Shown: piece after piece, positions 9,610 through 18,560 of the stretch | How positions within the stretch are numbered: the first letter of the stretch is position 1 | Layout of the letters: the number at the start of each line of letters is the position of its first letter | IMG/VR virus record: IMGVR_UViG_3300027697_000051 | Span: 1-33,629 of that record | DNA from: a virus | Taxonomy: Duplodnaviria; Caudoviricetes | Strand: one strand, 5' to 3' | DNA length: 33,629 nucleotides | Notes under the pieces: model-generated | The model's input: only the letters and a program-made list of their open reading frames with translations | Told to the model about the DNA's origin: nothing | Database searches by the model: none | Made by a program: the position numbers and the translations under genes

Positions 9610-10728
9610 TTACTTACCGCGACCTTTTTGCGCTTTAGCGATGTCTGTCTTCTGCAAACGACCCTCGCCATTAGCCGCACCAGCAGTCATGTCCTTGTAG
9701 GACTTGGCTACCTTAGAAATACGTCCGCCATCTTTTTTAGCAGGCGCATCTTTGTGTAACTTAGCAATATCGGTCTTTTGAAGGCGACCCTCACCAGATC
9801 CTGAACCAGCTTCCATATCCTTGTAGGATTTGGCAATCTTTGTGATGCGACCACCGGCCTTGCGCTCAGGAGGCATAGGACCACGAGGTGGCATTGCTGG
9901 AGGCATAGCGCCAGGAGGCATAGGCGGCATTGCCGGAGGAGCGCCAGCAGCTGGCGGCATTGGCATAGGCATTGGCGGAGCTGGCGGAGGAGCCATTACA
10001 TCAGCCGGAGGCATTTGCTGCCCTTTGCCCGTGGCAATAACAATATTGATGTTTGTCTTGCCTTTGCCAGCTGACTTCTTGCTAGCCTTTTTCATGCCAG
10101 CCATATCAAGCGTAGCGCCGCCTGTAGCGCGAGCCGTGCGTCCGCCCTTCTTATAAGGCGACATCATGCGATCGAGCTTGTCAGTGTCGCTGCTTTTCAT
10201 CTTGCGATAATCAACGGCGATGTTCTTTGATGGATCAGGCATGCCTTCCTGCTGCTTTTGAGCAGGCGAGCGATAGCCCGTAAGCTTGTTTAACTTCTCA
10301 GCTAAACCACCGCCTTCAGCTTTGCCGCCGCGCTTATAATGCTGGGCCGCTTCGCGCTTTGGCTTAATCTTCATCGCGCCAATTGTTTTAGGTGTGGATA
10401 ACGTTTCTTCAGCTGAAGGGATTTTGCCGCCATCTTTGCGAGCAACTTTGCCGCCTTTTTTCATGCCGCCAATGTGCTTCACGCCTTCGCGGTCTTCATT
10501 TGCGACCTTCATATTCTTATTGGCCATCTGCGTGCCAATGTTGCCGGTGACCTTGCCGCCAGACTTATACGCGCGACGCGACAGCGGGCGCATGCCCGTC
10601 TTGGCTTCAGCGTTCAGCGGTTCAGCTGGGCTCCAATCAGAGCTATCAACCTTAGTATCTTTTTCGCTCGCCAAGCGGCGGGCTTTAGACTTCAAAGCCT
10701 CGCGGGCTTTCTTGGCAAAATCAGACAT
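9610..10728 (-). CDS. Basic low-complexity protein with about nine xxGG motifs (putative internal head/core protein)
   Basis: Lys-rich, Pro/Met-rich tract, duplicated C-terminal unit GGRI.K.AKSYKDM.AG...GEGRLQKTDIAK. Confidence 0.75.
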   Translation of the reverse strand: MSDFAKKAREALKSKARRLASEKDTKVDSSDWSPAEPLNAEAKTGMRPLSRRAYKSGGKVTGNIGTQMANKNMKVANEDREGVKHIGGMKKGGKVARKDGGKIPSAEETLSTPKTIGAMKIKPKREAAQHYKRGGKAEGGGLAEKLNKLTGYRSPAQKQQEGMPDPSKNIAVDYRKMKSSDTDKLDRMMSPYKKGGRTARATGGATLDMAGMKKASKKSAGKGKTNINIVIATGKGQQMPPADVMAPPPAPPMPMPMPPAAGAPPAMPPMPPGAMPPAMPPRGPMPPERKAGGRITKIAKSYKDMEAGSGSGEGRLQKTDIAKLHKDAPAKKDGGRISKVAKSYKDMTAGAANGEGRLQKTDIAKAQKGRGK

Positions 10729-10764
10729 TCTTTTTCTCCGGCCAGATAAATAAGCGGCGTCCCG

Positions 10765-13700
10765 CTATGCCCGCGCGTGCGGGAGGTTAGATACTACATC
10801 AAGAGCGCGACTAATGACAGCGCCGCCGTCTTGATAAAGCGGCATTTCTGCTTTTACCAAGCCACGCTCGACGACATCCTTCGGCGAAAGACCCGTGATG
10901 CGAGACGTGCGCTCAATTGCTTCATTGACGTTCTGGATCATTGGTTGCGCTTTATAACCGCCTTTTGTTCTAAGATCTTTTCCTCCAGCCCATGCAACTT
11001 CCTGGAAGTAACGCGGATCAACATTGAATTGACGCGCAAGATCATGAAGCGATCCTTCGTAATGACCATAGGTTCTATCAGTTGGATTAGACATCTTTGG
11101 ATCATACATGCGCGACATCTGCTCATCGATTGTTGCGCCATGCGGTATGCCAAGGAAGTTGTAAGCGAAATTATAACGCTTTGGATTGTCGTGACCGATA
11201 CCCTGGCCTTCTAAAATCATCTTACGAAATTGGTCCATGTTTGAACCGGCGAAACGCCCGCCGACAGGAAACGGAAAGTTATAAGTTTGCTCAGGAACTT
11301 TCTCGCCCGTGTTTTTTAAAACGTTTCCGTAATGCGCCATCATTAAATTTGTTGTCGGATCAGCGCCGCCTGTTGTCGCTGCCATTGCATCCGCAAAACG
11401 TTCTTTGAAAAGCTCGCGACCGCGCTCAGGCCCATAATTATTGATAAACTCTTTTTCTAGCTGACCCATAAGATACCAGTCGCCAGCTTGGCGTGCTTGG
11501 CCAAGACCGCGCTCATACGCGCCAGTCAATCGCTCAATTGCTTCTGGCGAACGTGCGTGCGCTTCATACTTTGCTTGCGTGTCTGGCTTTGCTTTTCTGA
11601 TATCAAGCGTCGATGTGTATTCAGGATAATTTAACGGATCAACATCAAAGCGTGCTTCAGGATCAAAGTATGGTTTGAAGTCGCCTTTGTTAATTGCTTT
11701 CTGTGCTGCTTGGCGCGCTTTAAGAACAAGCTCGCCTTCTGGGCTCAGCGTCTTTTCAAGATATGGCTTGCCTGTAACCTTGTCGATCGCAGGAACTGGC
11801 TCACCTGGTTCTGCGTAACGCCTAGATGCACCAGGGAATAATTCATCAAGCGGACGAATAATTGCAGGAGCTGAAGGTTCTTCTTTAGCAATATTAGCCG
11901 CAGCTTTTATTGCTTTAGCAATTACACCGCCCTTGTCGTATCCAAGGCGGTTCTGGCTAAGTTGATGCGTGTTTGAGAAAAGCGGCGCAACAGAATATGT
12001 CCAAAGCGCAAGCCTGCGGAAAAACTGTTCGTCGTCAGCGCGTGGTATGTTTTTCACGGGGCCTCCATCAGCGAACAAGTGCTCGCCAAAATCCTTTGAA
12101 ACTCTCTCGCCTCTTCTCTCAAACGGAGCTGCGTAAGTTGATACGTCTTTGATGCCCATATCGCGCAGGATAGGGCTAACATCTTTATATACTGCTTCTG
12201 GAACAACAGCTCCCGCAAATTCGTCAAAGCCAACAGCGCGCTGTGGTTTCCCTTCAAAATACATTGCAGGCATTTTGCGGATATTTTCTAAATGACCTAT
12301 TGCAGCGTTAATGTCTTCTTGCGGAGCTTCTGGATAAAAGTGCCGCCACTCATCCATATTTCTAGATCCAAGCGCCTCGCCAAAATACCCTTGTGCATTT
12401 GAAGTATCGTAAGGTAATTTTTCATTTGCATGCCAATGGAGAAGGTTTGCTAATCTTTCATGCTCATTTTCAAGAGCCTCTGCTTTTTCCTTCCACTCAT
12501 GCATTGGAACGATATTGTCTCTTGCTCTTTTTATTTCTTCAAAATTTTTAAATGCAGGAGCTTGCTCAGCCATTATAACACCAAGCTCTTTTGTCCTGTC
12601 TGTGGTATCTCCTCTCCAAAATTCTCCGCCAATTATTGGTCTGCTTTGCATATGATCAAGAACGTTTTCTAATGTTACAGGCACAACTTTATCTCGTGCG
12701 TCGCTGTAAAATGTCCCTTCTTTTTTACCTTCAATATAAGGAAATCTTGGCGTAAAAGCATCTTGACGGAATATTGGGTTTTCAAAAGATGGTTCAGCTA
12801 AATGCTTGCGACCAACAAACGTAATATTTCCAAAGTTAGAATTATCTAACAGTGGTTTTGTAATAGCCAAACTTGGGCTTGGGAACGCGCCTAATTCCTT
12901 TAATTGCGGCAATACATAATCTGATACGCCATGTATAACGCCCATCTTTTCTGATGGCGCAATTACACGAGCCGCAGCCTGCAATGCTTTAGCAATCGCT
13001 CCGCCTTTGTCGTAATGAGGGACTTCGCCACCATCTGCGCGGCGGATATCTGGATTAAGCGGGTCAAATGTTCCAATGTTTCCTGTTGCAGATTTTATCT
13101 GCCGTGGATCTGTGGCGATATAAACATTTTGATGCTCAAATTCTCGCGTGCTTCCTTTTGGAATAATAACGCTGTCGTATCCTTGATCTTTTATCCAATG
13201 ATGCAATTTCTCATAGGCTTCTGGAGCAGGTTTATAATATTTTTTTCTAGGCGTTGACTGGAAAGCATCAACTACTGTTGGTCCTATTTCTTTAGCCTTG
13301 CCTAACAGATCGTCAAAAGTGGCCGACATTGGTTTTTGTATATTAAGATAAACAGGATAAATTGCGCCTTCGTCAGACGAATAAAGCCCCGCTCCTCGTT
13401 CGCCAGGATTGTCTGAGAACCATGAGCCAATTGTATCTACCCATTGAGGTCTTTTAACTTGAGTGACCGACGCCATGCGGTCGAACTCATTAAAGTCACC
13501 AAGACTTCTGTCTCCACGATCCCAGACTACTGTCCCGTGATAGAGCCTGCGAGGATCGCCCGCTTCATCAACTGCTTTGCTGCCGGAAAACCATTTTTTA
13601 AAGTTTGGATTTTCTAACAAGTGCAATGCTTTTTTGACTACTTCTCCGCCTTCTGCGCGTCTACTGCGGATATATTCATCAACATTAACGCCTTCAGCTG

Positions 13701-15954
13701 GCGGCTCTGCCATCGTCCAGTCAGGCATCACGCCCGTCTTTTGATCGGCATAATATGTATCAGCGCCTTTTGCTGCGCGATTGCGCTCTGCCATATCGCC
13801 AAAGTTCACCCAGCTATTTTGCCCGCGCGTCTCTGACGTTAACGCTGGACGAGCTTCTGGCGAGAACATGCGCTTGTGCAATTGGAATGCGCGCTCTTCA
13901 CCAGGCGCGCGGAAGAACGGATTGCCTGGACCAAAATGCCCATAAAGATCGTGGATCACGCGGAAGGCGTCGTTAACAACGGCGTCTTCCTTGTCGCCTA
14001 TGCGTCCAGCGCCTTTTAGAAGCACGTTGGATGCGTTAATGCCACCGGTGCTGCCAAAGCCAGCTTCAGTTGGATAAACGAACAGGCGGCCTCTATTAAC
14101 GAGGTCCTCATAACCAAGAGCTGGGCTTGCCGCATACGGATCAGCCTGACCTGGCTTCAGGAATTTAATGTCGAGCCCCAGATCTTTAGCGGCTCTGTAT
14201 TGCTGCATCGTCTCATCAGCAAGAGCCTGGAACGCGCGCTTAACAATTGGATCTTGCGGATCATGCCGCATGACGTCGTATTCTTGCGCAACGCGTTTTG
14301 AGAACTCAGGGTTTAATGGCGTAACGTCTGCACCATGCGCTTCTCCTGCAAAGCGGCGCGCAATGCTTTCGATCTCAGGTATTGGTCGGCTTTCTACTTT
14401 GCCAATGCCGGGCAAGTTAACAAGCTCAGGAAAGCCTTTGCGTGGCGCGTATCCTGATCCTGGTGCCATCAGCTTGCCAAGAAACTTGGCAATTGCGCCA
14501 CCTTTGTCGTAGCCTTCTACGTCGCCGCCTTTTGAGTAGCGGCGCGTGATGTCGACAAGGTTAGGGTCGAACATGACATAGTTGCGTGAGCCGCTGCCTG
14601 CCCCGCGTGACATACGATCTAAATATTTAATGCCAGGGATACCCAACCTTTTTGCAGTTTCAGTCGCGCCTTCATAATTAAATTGATGAGGAGCAAGAGA
14701 TTGATAAAAAGTCTCGCCACTTGGTATTTCACCCTCACGCATGTCGCTTAATAAATCCGACAATGCTTCTTTTGATGTATATTTATTCTTATTAAAATAA
14801 GACATCATATCCGATAAATCGGTCGGCTCGTCGCTTTCCCAAGCGCGAGCGAAGTCTGTTTCTTCTGCTCTTCTTTGAGCCTCCAGCTGCTTTGAAAAAT
14901 CCATAAGCTTCTGTTCGCCGCCCATCTCATCAACATATTGATTGAGGCCGCGAATAATATGCGGTTGATTGGTAACTGGCTTGTCCCAATCAATAAGATG
15001 TTCTGGATTTGCATGAAGATTGACTTCATACATATGACCAGCAACTTCAGGATTTGTATTTACGATATTGCGCGCTTCCATAAGTCTTTGCGCGCCTTCG
15101 TAAGATCCGCCAGATTGCAGTGATGTATTCGCCCTATTGCGCAGCTCAGCAAGAGCAGCATCTCTATCGCCTCTTGTCGCGTGCAATACTCTTGCTGCAA
15201 TATCCTCTGGACGATCACCGCGACCATACGGCGATAAAGCTTCTCTGTAAGCGTGAGCAACTTCTGGGTTCTCAGCAAAATACAACCCGTGCCCATATGC
15301 TTGAGCGCCTTCGCCCGTTCCTATTTTACTAATATCAAACCGATCGAACTTGTGCGGGCTTCCATGATACGCGCGTATTGCTTTCAACGCTCGATCAACA
15401 ACGCCTGCTTGTGCTTCTTCTGGTAAAAGCGCAGCGCCAGCAACTGCCGCAGCTTTTGCCGCGCGGCCCATGCCAGGCAATGCCAGTGCCGCATTAACGA
15501 CATCCTCTGCGCCACGGTCTTTTGATGCAAGGCCTCTTGCGGCATTAGCAAGATCATACGCCATCAGACCCTGGCCAGCATACGGAATGCTATAAGCGGC
15601 GAGATGGCCAAGCTCCTTAGCGCCCTCTTGCCACGCGCGCACGTTCTCTCGATCGTATTGCGGAAGCTGCGGTTCGTCTTTGTTCAATTGATGACGAATA
15701 AACTCTGACGCAGAAGACGCGGGTCGATCGCGATTTACCTCTAATGCTTGCGCGGCAGTAGGCGCAGCATACTTCTCAACAACTGGCGATGGCCTGTAAG
15801 TATCACCGTATAATTGCTCTTGGACAAAATCATGCGCGCGCTGCGTGTCTTCAGGAACTCCGCCATCAGCCATTACTTGTCGCCCAACATTGGGCAAGTA
15901 GTGTGTGGGATATTGGTCTGCGAGGAGCTTTGCTTTGCGCGGTCGCTTTGCCAT
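10765..15954 (-). CDS. Large polyvalent protein with ADP-ribosyltransferase-like, zincin-like and other modules (putative packaged/ejected effector)
   Basis: 1729 aa directly after portal; YHGSPHKFDRF...GLYF; FKKWFSGSKAVD...YHGT...YPVYL...GYDSVI...QIKSATGN.GTFDP; HDLYGH...GEE; modules separated by xxGG linkers. Confidence 0.8.
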   Translation of the reverse strand: MAKRPRKAKLLADQYPTHYLPNVGRQVMADGGVPEDTQRAHDFVQEQLYGDTYRPSPVVEKYAAPTAAQALEVNRDRPASSASEFIRHQLNKDEPQLPQYDRENVRAWQEGAKELGHLAAYSIPYAGQGLMAYDLANAARGLASKDRGAEDVVNAALALPGMGRAAKAAAVAGAALLPEEAQAGVVDRALKAIRAYHGSPHKFDRFDISKIGTGEGAQAYGHGLYFAENPEVAHAYREALSPYGRGDRPEDIAARVLHATRGDRDAALAELRNRANTSLQSGGSYEGAQRLMEARNIVNTNPEVAGHMYEVNLHANPEHLIDWDKPVTNQPHIIRGLNQYVDEMGGEQKLMDFSKQLEAQRRAEETDFARAWESDEPTDLSDMMSYFNKNKYTSKEALSDLLSDMREGEIPSGETFYQSLAPHQFNYEGATETAKRLGIPGIKYLDRMSRGAGSGSRNYVMFDPNLVDITRRYSKGGDVEGYDKGGAIAKFLGKLMAPGSGYAPRKGFPELVNLPGIGKVESRPIPEIESIARRFAGEAHGADVTPLNPEFSKRVAQEYDVMRHDPQDPIVKRAFQALADETMQQYRAAKDLGLDIKFLKPGQADPYAASPALGYEDLVNRGRLFVYPTEAGFGSTGGINASNVLLKGAGRIGDKEDAVVNDAFRVIHDLYGHFGPGNPFFRAPGEERAFQLHKRMFSPEARPALTSETRGQNSWVNFGDMAERNRAAKGADTYYADQKTGVMPDWTMAEPPAEGVNVDEYIRSRRAEGGEVVKKALHLLENPNFKKWFSGSKAVDEAGDPRRLYHGTVVWDRGDRSLGDFNEFDRMASVTQVKRPQWVDTIGSWFSDNPGERGAGLYSSDEGAIYPVYLNIQKPMSATFDDLLGKAKEIGPTVVDAFQSTPRKKYYKPAPEAYEKLHHWIKDQGYDSVIIPKGSTREFEHQNVYIATDPRQIKSATGNIGTFDPLNPDIRRADGGEVPHYDKGGAIAKALQAAARVIAPSEKMGVIHGVSDYVLPQLKELGAFPSPSLAITKPLLDNSNFGNITFVGRKHLAEPSFENPIFRQDAFTPRFPYIEGKKEGTFYSDARDKVVPVTLENVLDHMQSRPIIGGEFWRGDTTDRTKELGVIMAEQAPAFKNFEEIKRARDNIVPMHEWKEKAEALENEHERLANLLHWHANEKLPYDTSNAQGYFGEALGSRNMDEWRHFYPEAPQEDINAAIGHLENIRKMPAMYFEGKPQRAVGFDEFAGAVVPEAVYKDVSPILRDMGIKDVSTYAAPFERRGERVSKDFGEHLFADGGPVKNIPRADDEQFFRRLALWTYSVAPLFSNTHQLSQNRLGYDKGGVIAKAIKAAANIAKEEPSAPAIIRPLDELFPGASRRYAEPGEPVPAIDKVTGKPYLEKTLSPEGELVLKARQAAQKAINKGDFKPYFDPEARFDVDPLNYPEYTSTLDIRKAKPDTQAKYEAHARSPEAIERLTGAYERGLGQARQAGDWYLMGQLEKEFINNYGPERGRELFKERFADAMAATTGGADPTTNLMMAHYGNVLKNTGEKVPEQTYNFPFPVGGRFAGSNMDQFRKMILEGQGIGHDNPKRYNFAYNFLGIPHGATIDEQMSRMYDPKMSNPTDRTYGHYEGSLHDLARQFNVDPRYFQEVAWAGGKDLRTKGGYKAQPMIQNVNEAIERTSRITGLSPKDVVERGLVKAEMPLYQDGGAVISRALDVVSNLPHARA

Positions 15955-18329
15955 TACATTACCTCACCCGGCGGTGGATCTTCTTTGCTCTTCAGCGTTC
16001 TCAATGTCTCAGGGTCGATGACCTTGGTCATTTCTTTAAAGCCACCTGGCGTTTTCAATACATCTTGCGCAAGCTTAACGGCAGCAATGCGCTCGCTGCT
16101 TTCGCGATCCTTGCGCCGGTTCCAGTTATCAAGCTCATTGTCTTTTTCGTTCATGCGCTCGATTTGCAATCTGCTTGTAATATCCATTTTCTTCATTTGA
16201 AGATCAGCTTCTTGCTGCTGCATCTCCGCCTTCTTGATCTGCAAATCAATCAGCTTATTTTGATCAATCGGCGTGCCTTCGGGCGATCCTTCAGACTGGA
16301 TCTTGGCTTGCGTTTCAGCGATCTTTGCCTGCGCCAACATCTGCTTCGTATCAGCGTCCTGCTTCTTGATTTGCAACTCCGCCATCTTGGCTTGCGCTTC
16401 TGGTGGCGGAACTGGCGGAGCTGGAGCCGCAATAAACTGCTCTGGATTACTCCAGCCCATTGCACGCAACGCAGCTTTGTCAATTGCGACCGCATCAAAC
16501 ATGCCAGGGTTTGCCTGCTGCAATTGCTTCAACGCCATGATCTTCATCACGCGCTGCGTATGGCTTGCGGTGTTTGGATCTGCCTGTGGCACAAGCTCAT
16601 AATCATTAACTGCCTGGTTAAAGATCTGCTCGTTCCATTGCAGAGATGGGCCTTTTAGTTTTTTCCAGAAGCTATCTGGGTGCTCGCGGAAGCAACGCAC
16701 TAGCAACTGAAACTCATCAGCTTGCGAAGCATGCATGCGCTTGTGAACGGCGTTCATGACCTTTGTTGCCTGGTCAATCAGCGCCAACGTCGTTCCGACC
16801 GGCGCGTCCTGGCGTCCCTCGCCAACATTCAATTCGCTCGTTCCGCCAACGCGCTGACCGGCTTCGACAATGTTTTGCGTTAGATTGAAGAGCGCCTGTC
16901 CTGGCTCTTTGTATGGCAATGGCATGATGGCTTGGTTGATGGGCATGCCACCTGTCTTGACCAATGCTCCGCCTCCCGGAGGAACGCGGAATAGGTTCGT
17001 GTTCTGACGGGCACCCGTATCCGCCATGAGGAACCCTGGGAAGTTGGCATACATGCCAGCATCCAGCATCTCGCGCCACGCGGCAGTAACCGCGTTTGTG
17101 GTATTACCCAGAATATGAAGTAAACCAATATCGTAAAAACCCATACCGGGCACAAAAGTATATTTGACAAAATTGTTCCGCGCTTCAGGCAGCTCGTTGC
17201 CTTCGTCTCCGGTTGGCTCATCGTAGTTTCTCACGATCGAGAGAACCTCTCTCGAAGAAACGTCGATTGTAACACGATACGGGATTTCTAGCCCCGTGAT
17301 TTTGCCTTTGTATTTGTGCTCCAGGCCAGGGACATCGAGTTCGCAATAGACTTCGTAGATCTCGCGATCGCGATCGTCAGGATTGCGGGCCTCGATAGAT
17401 ACGCCTTGCTGATCAGCCTTCTCGCGCTGGACAGCGTCATGCTGCTCCATGCGCGGCGTCGAGAGATCGATGTCGCGGTAGACGCCAAGGATCTGCAAGC
17501 GTTTAACCGTCGACGACCGCATGAAGACGCGATGCGTGACGCGCTTTGCGTCCTCTAACGTCGTGGCCGCGTTATTGACGATGAGATCGTCCGCATCCAC
17601 CGTTTCGCTGACCGGGCGACCGCGTAAGGGGCAGAAATAGACCTTTTTGAAAGCCGTTCCGCCGAAACCCAGCATAAACAGCATCCGGTCAGTATCAGGA
17701 TAGTATTCCTTGGCGACCGCTGTGAGGTAGGCATTGAGATCTTTTTCCAAGGCTTCAGCAAGAAAGTCCTGCTGCATGGTTGTGCCGACACTGTCGACGC
17801 GCACTTTGACCGGCCCGTCTGTCGGCAGCATTTCGCTGCGGCTGTTGGCCTGGAAGCGGAGCACCGCCTCAAGCAGCAATGGATGGCGGACGCGGCTCAT
17901 GCCGTCGACCGGCGCGCCGTCTGCTGCGCCTTGCAGCTGTGGCAGCTCGATCTTCAAGCCCAGGAGCTTGATGCCCTGAGCGCGATCCTCGATCCAGTCC
18001 TGGCGGCTATCAAGATCGTCCTGCACGCCGCGCAATAGGTCGTCGGCGATCATGTTCAAAGAGCCCTGGTCAATGTCTTCGACCAGATTGCCAAACCAAT
18101 TTGCGGCGCGCTCTGCGTCTGACGCCTCGTCGACCGGGCGTCCATCAAGAGAGATACTGACGGAGCCGTCTTCGTGCTCGATGCGCACGATATTGCCTTT
18201 GTCGTCTGTCTGGTGCTTGGGCGCGCCTTCTTCGATCTCAACCATGACGTCTTCAGCAGACGCGAGACCCTCCGGGGGCTCCTCCTGCTGCATGCGGATG
18301 TTTGGTGAAAGCCCCGGTGTCATTGGCAT
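15954..18329 (-). CDS. Portal protein
   Basis: 791 aa; HPLLLEAVLRFQA, GTAFKKVYF, GFYDIGLLH, PVGTTLALI; follows terminase. Confidence 0.85.
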   Translation of the reverse strand: MPMTPGLSPNIRMQQEEPPEGLASAEDVMVEIEEGAPKHQTDDKGNIVRIEHEDGSVSISLDGRPVDEASDAERAANWFGNLVEDIDQGSLNMIADDLLRGVQDDLDSRQDWIEDRAQGIKLLGLKIELPQLQGAADGAPVDGMSRVRHPLLLEAVLRFQANSRSEMLPTDGPVKVRVDSVGTTMQQDFLAEALEKDLNAYLTAVAKEYYPDTDRMLFMLGFGGTAFKKVYFCPLRGRPVSETVDADDLIVNNAATTLEDAKRVTHRVFMRSSTVKRLQILGVYRDIDLSTPRMEQHDAVQREKADQQGVSIEARNPDDRDREIYEVYCELDVPGLEHKYKGKITGLEIPYRVTIDVSSREVLSIVRNYDEPTGDEGNELPEARNNFVKYTFVPGMGFYDIGLLHILGNTTNAVTAAWREMLDAGMYANFPGFLMADTGARQNTNLFRVPPGGGALVKTGGMPINQAIMPLPYKEPGQALFNLTQNIVEAGQRVGGTSELNVGEGRQDAPVGTTLALIDQATKVMNAVHKRMHASQADEFQLLVRCFREHPDSFWKKLKGPSLQWNEQIFNQAVNDYELVPQADPNTASHTQRVMKIMALKQLQQANPGMFDAVAIDKAALRAMGWSNPEQFIAAPAPPVPPPEAQAKMAELQIKKQDADTKQMLAQAKIAETQAKIQSEGSPEGTPIDQNKLIDLQIKKAEMQQQEADLQMKKMDITSRLQIERMNEKDNELDNWNRRKDRESSERIAAVKLAQDVLKTPGGFKEMTKVIDPETLRTLKSKEDPPPGEVM

Positions 18330-18331
18330 GT

Positions 18332-18547
18332 TTAATCGCCTTGTTCTGCTAACAGCTTCTCAATGTCCTTAACGAAACGGTCAAGCCCCTCGCGCGCGGC
18401 CATATTATCATCTCTGGCGGCAATCTCATAGACGCGGACATAATCATGCGGGGACTTGCCCCAGACCTCAACCCGGAACCGACTAAGTTCCTTTGAAACG
18501 GGCGACGCCTGATGGATGACGTCGACAATGGCATTAGCGAAAATCAT
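18332..18547 (-). CDS. Small hypothetical protein
   Basis: Start reassigned to ATG 18547 (MIFANAIVDV...) to avoid overlap with terminase. Confidence 0.6.
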   Translation of the reverse strand: MIFANAIVDVIHQASPVSKELSRFRVEVWGKSPHDYVRVYEIAARDDNMAAREGLDRFVKDIEKLLAEQGD

Positions 18548-18560
18548 TCTGATCTCTTTG

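Noticed and set aside
15789-16658. 289-aa plus-strand ORF opposite the portal gene
   Set aside because: Antisense to a strongly supported gene, no RBS or recognisable motif
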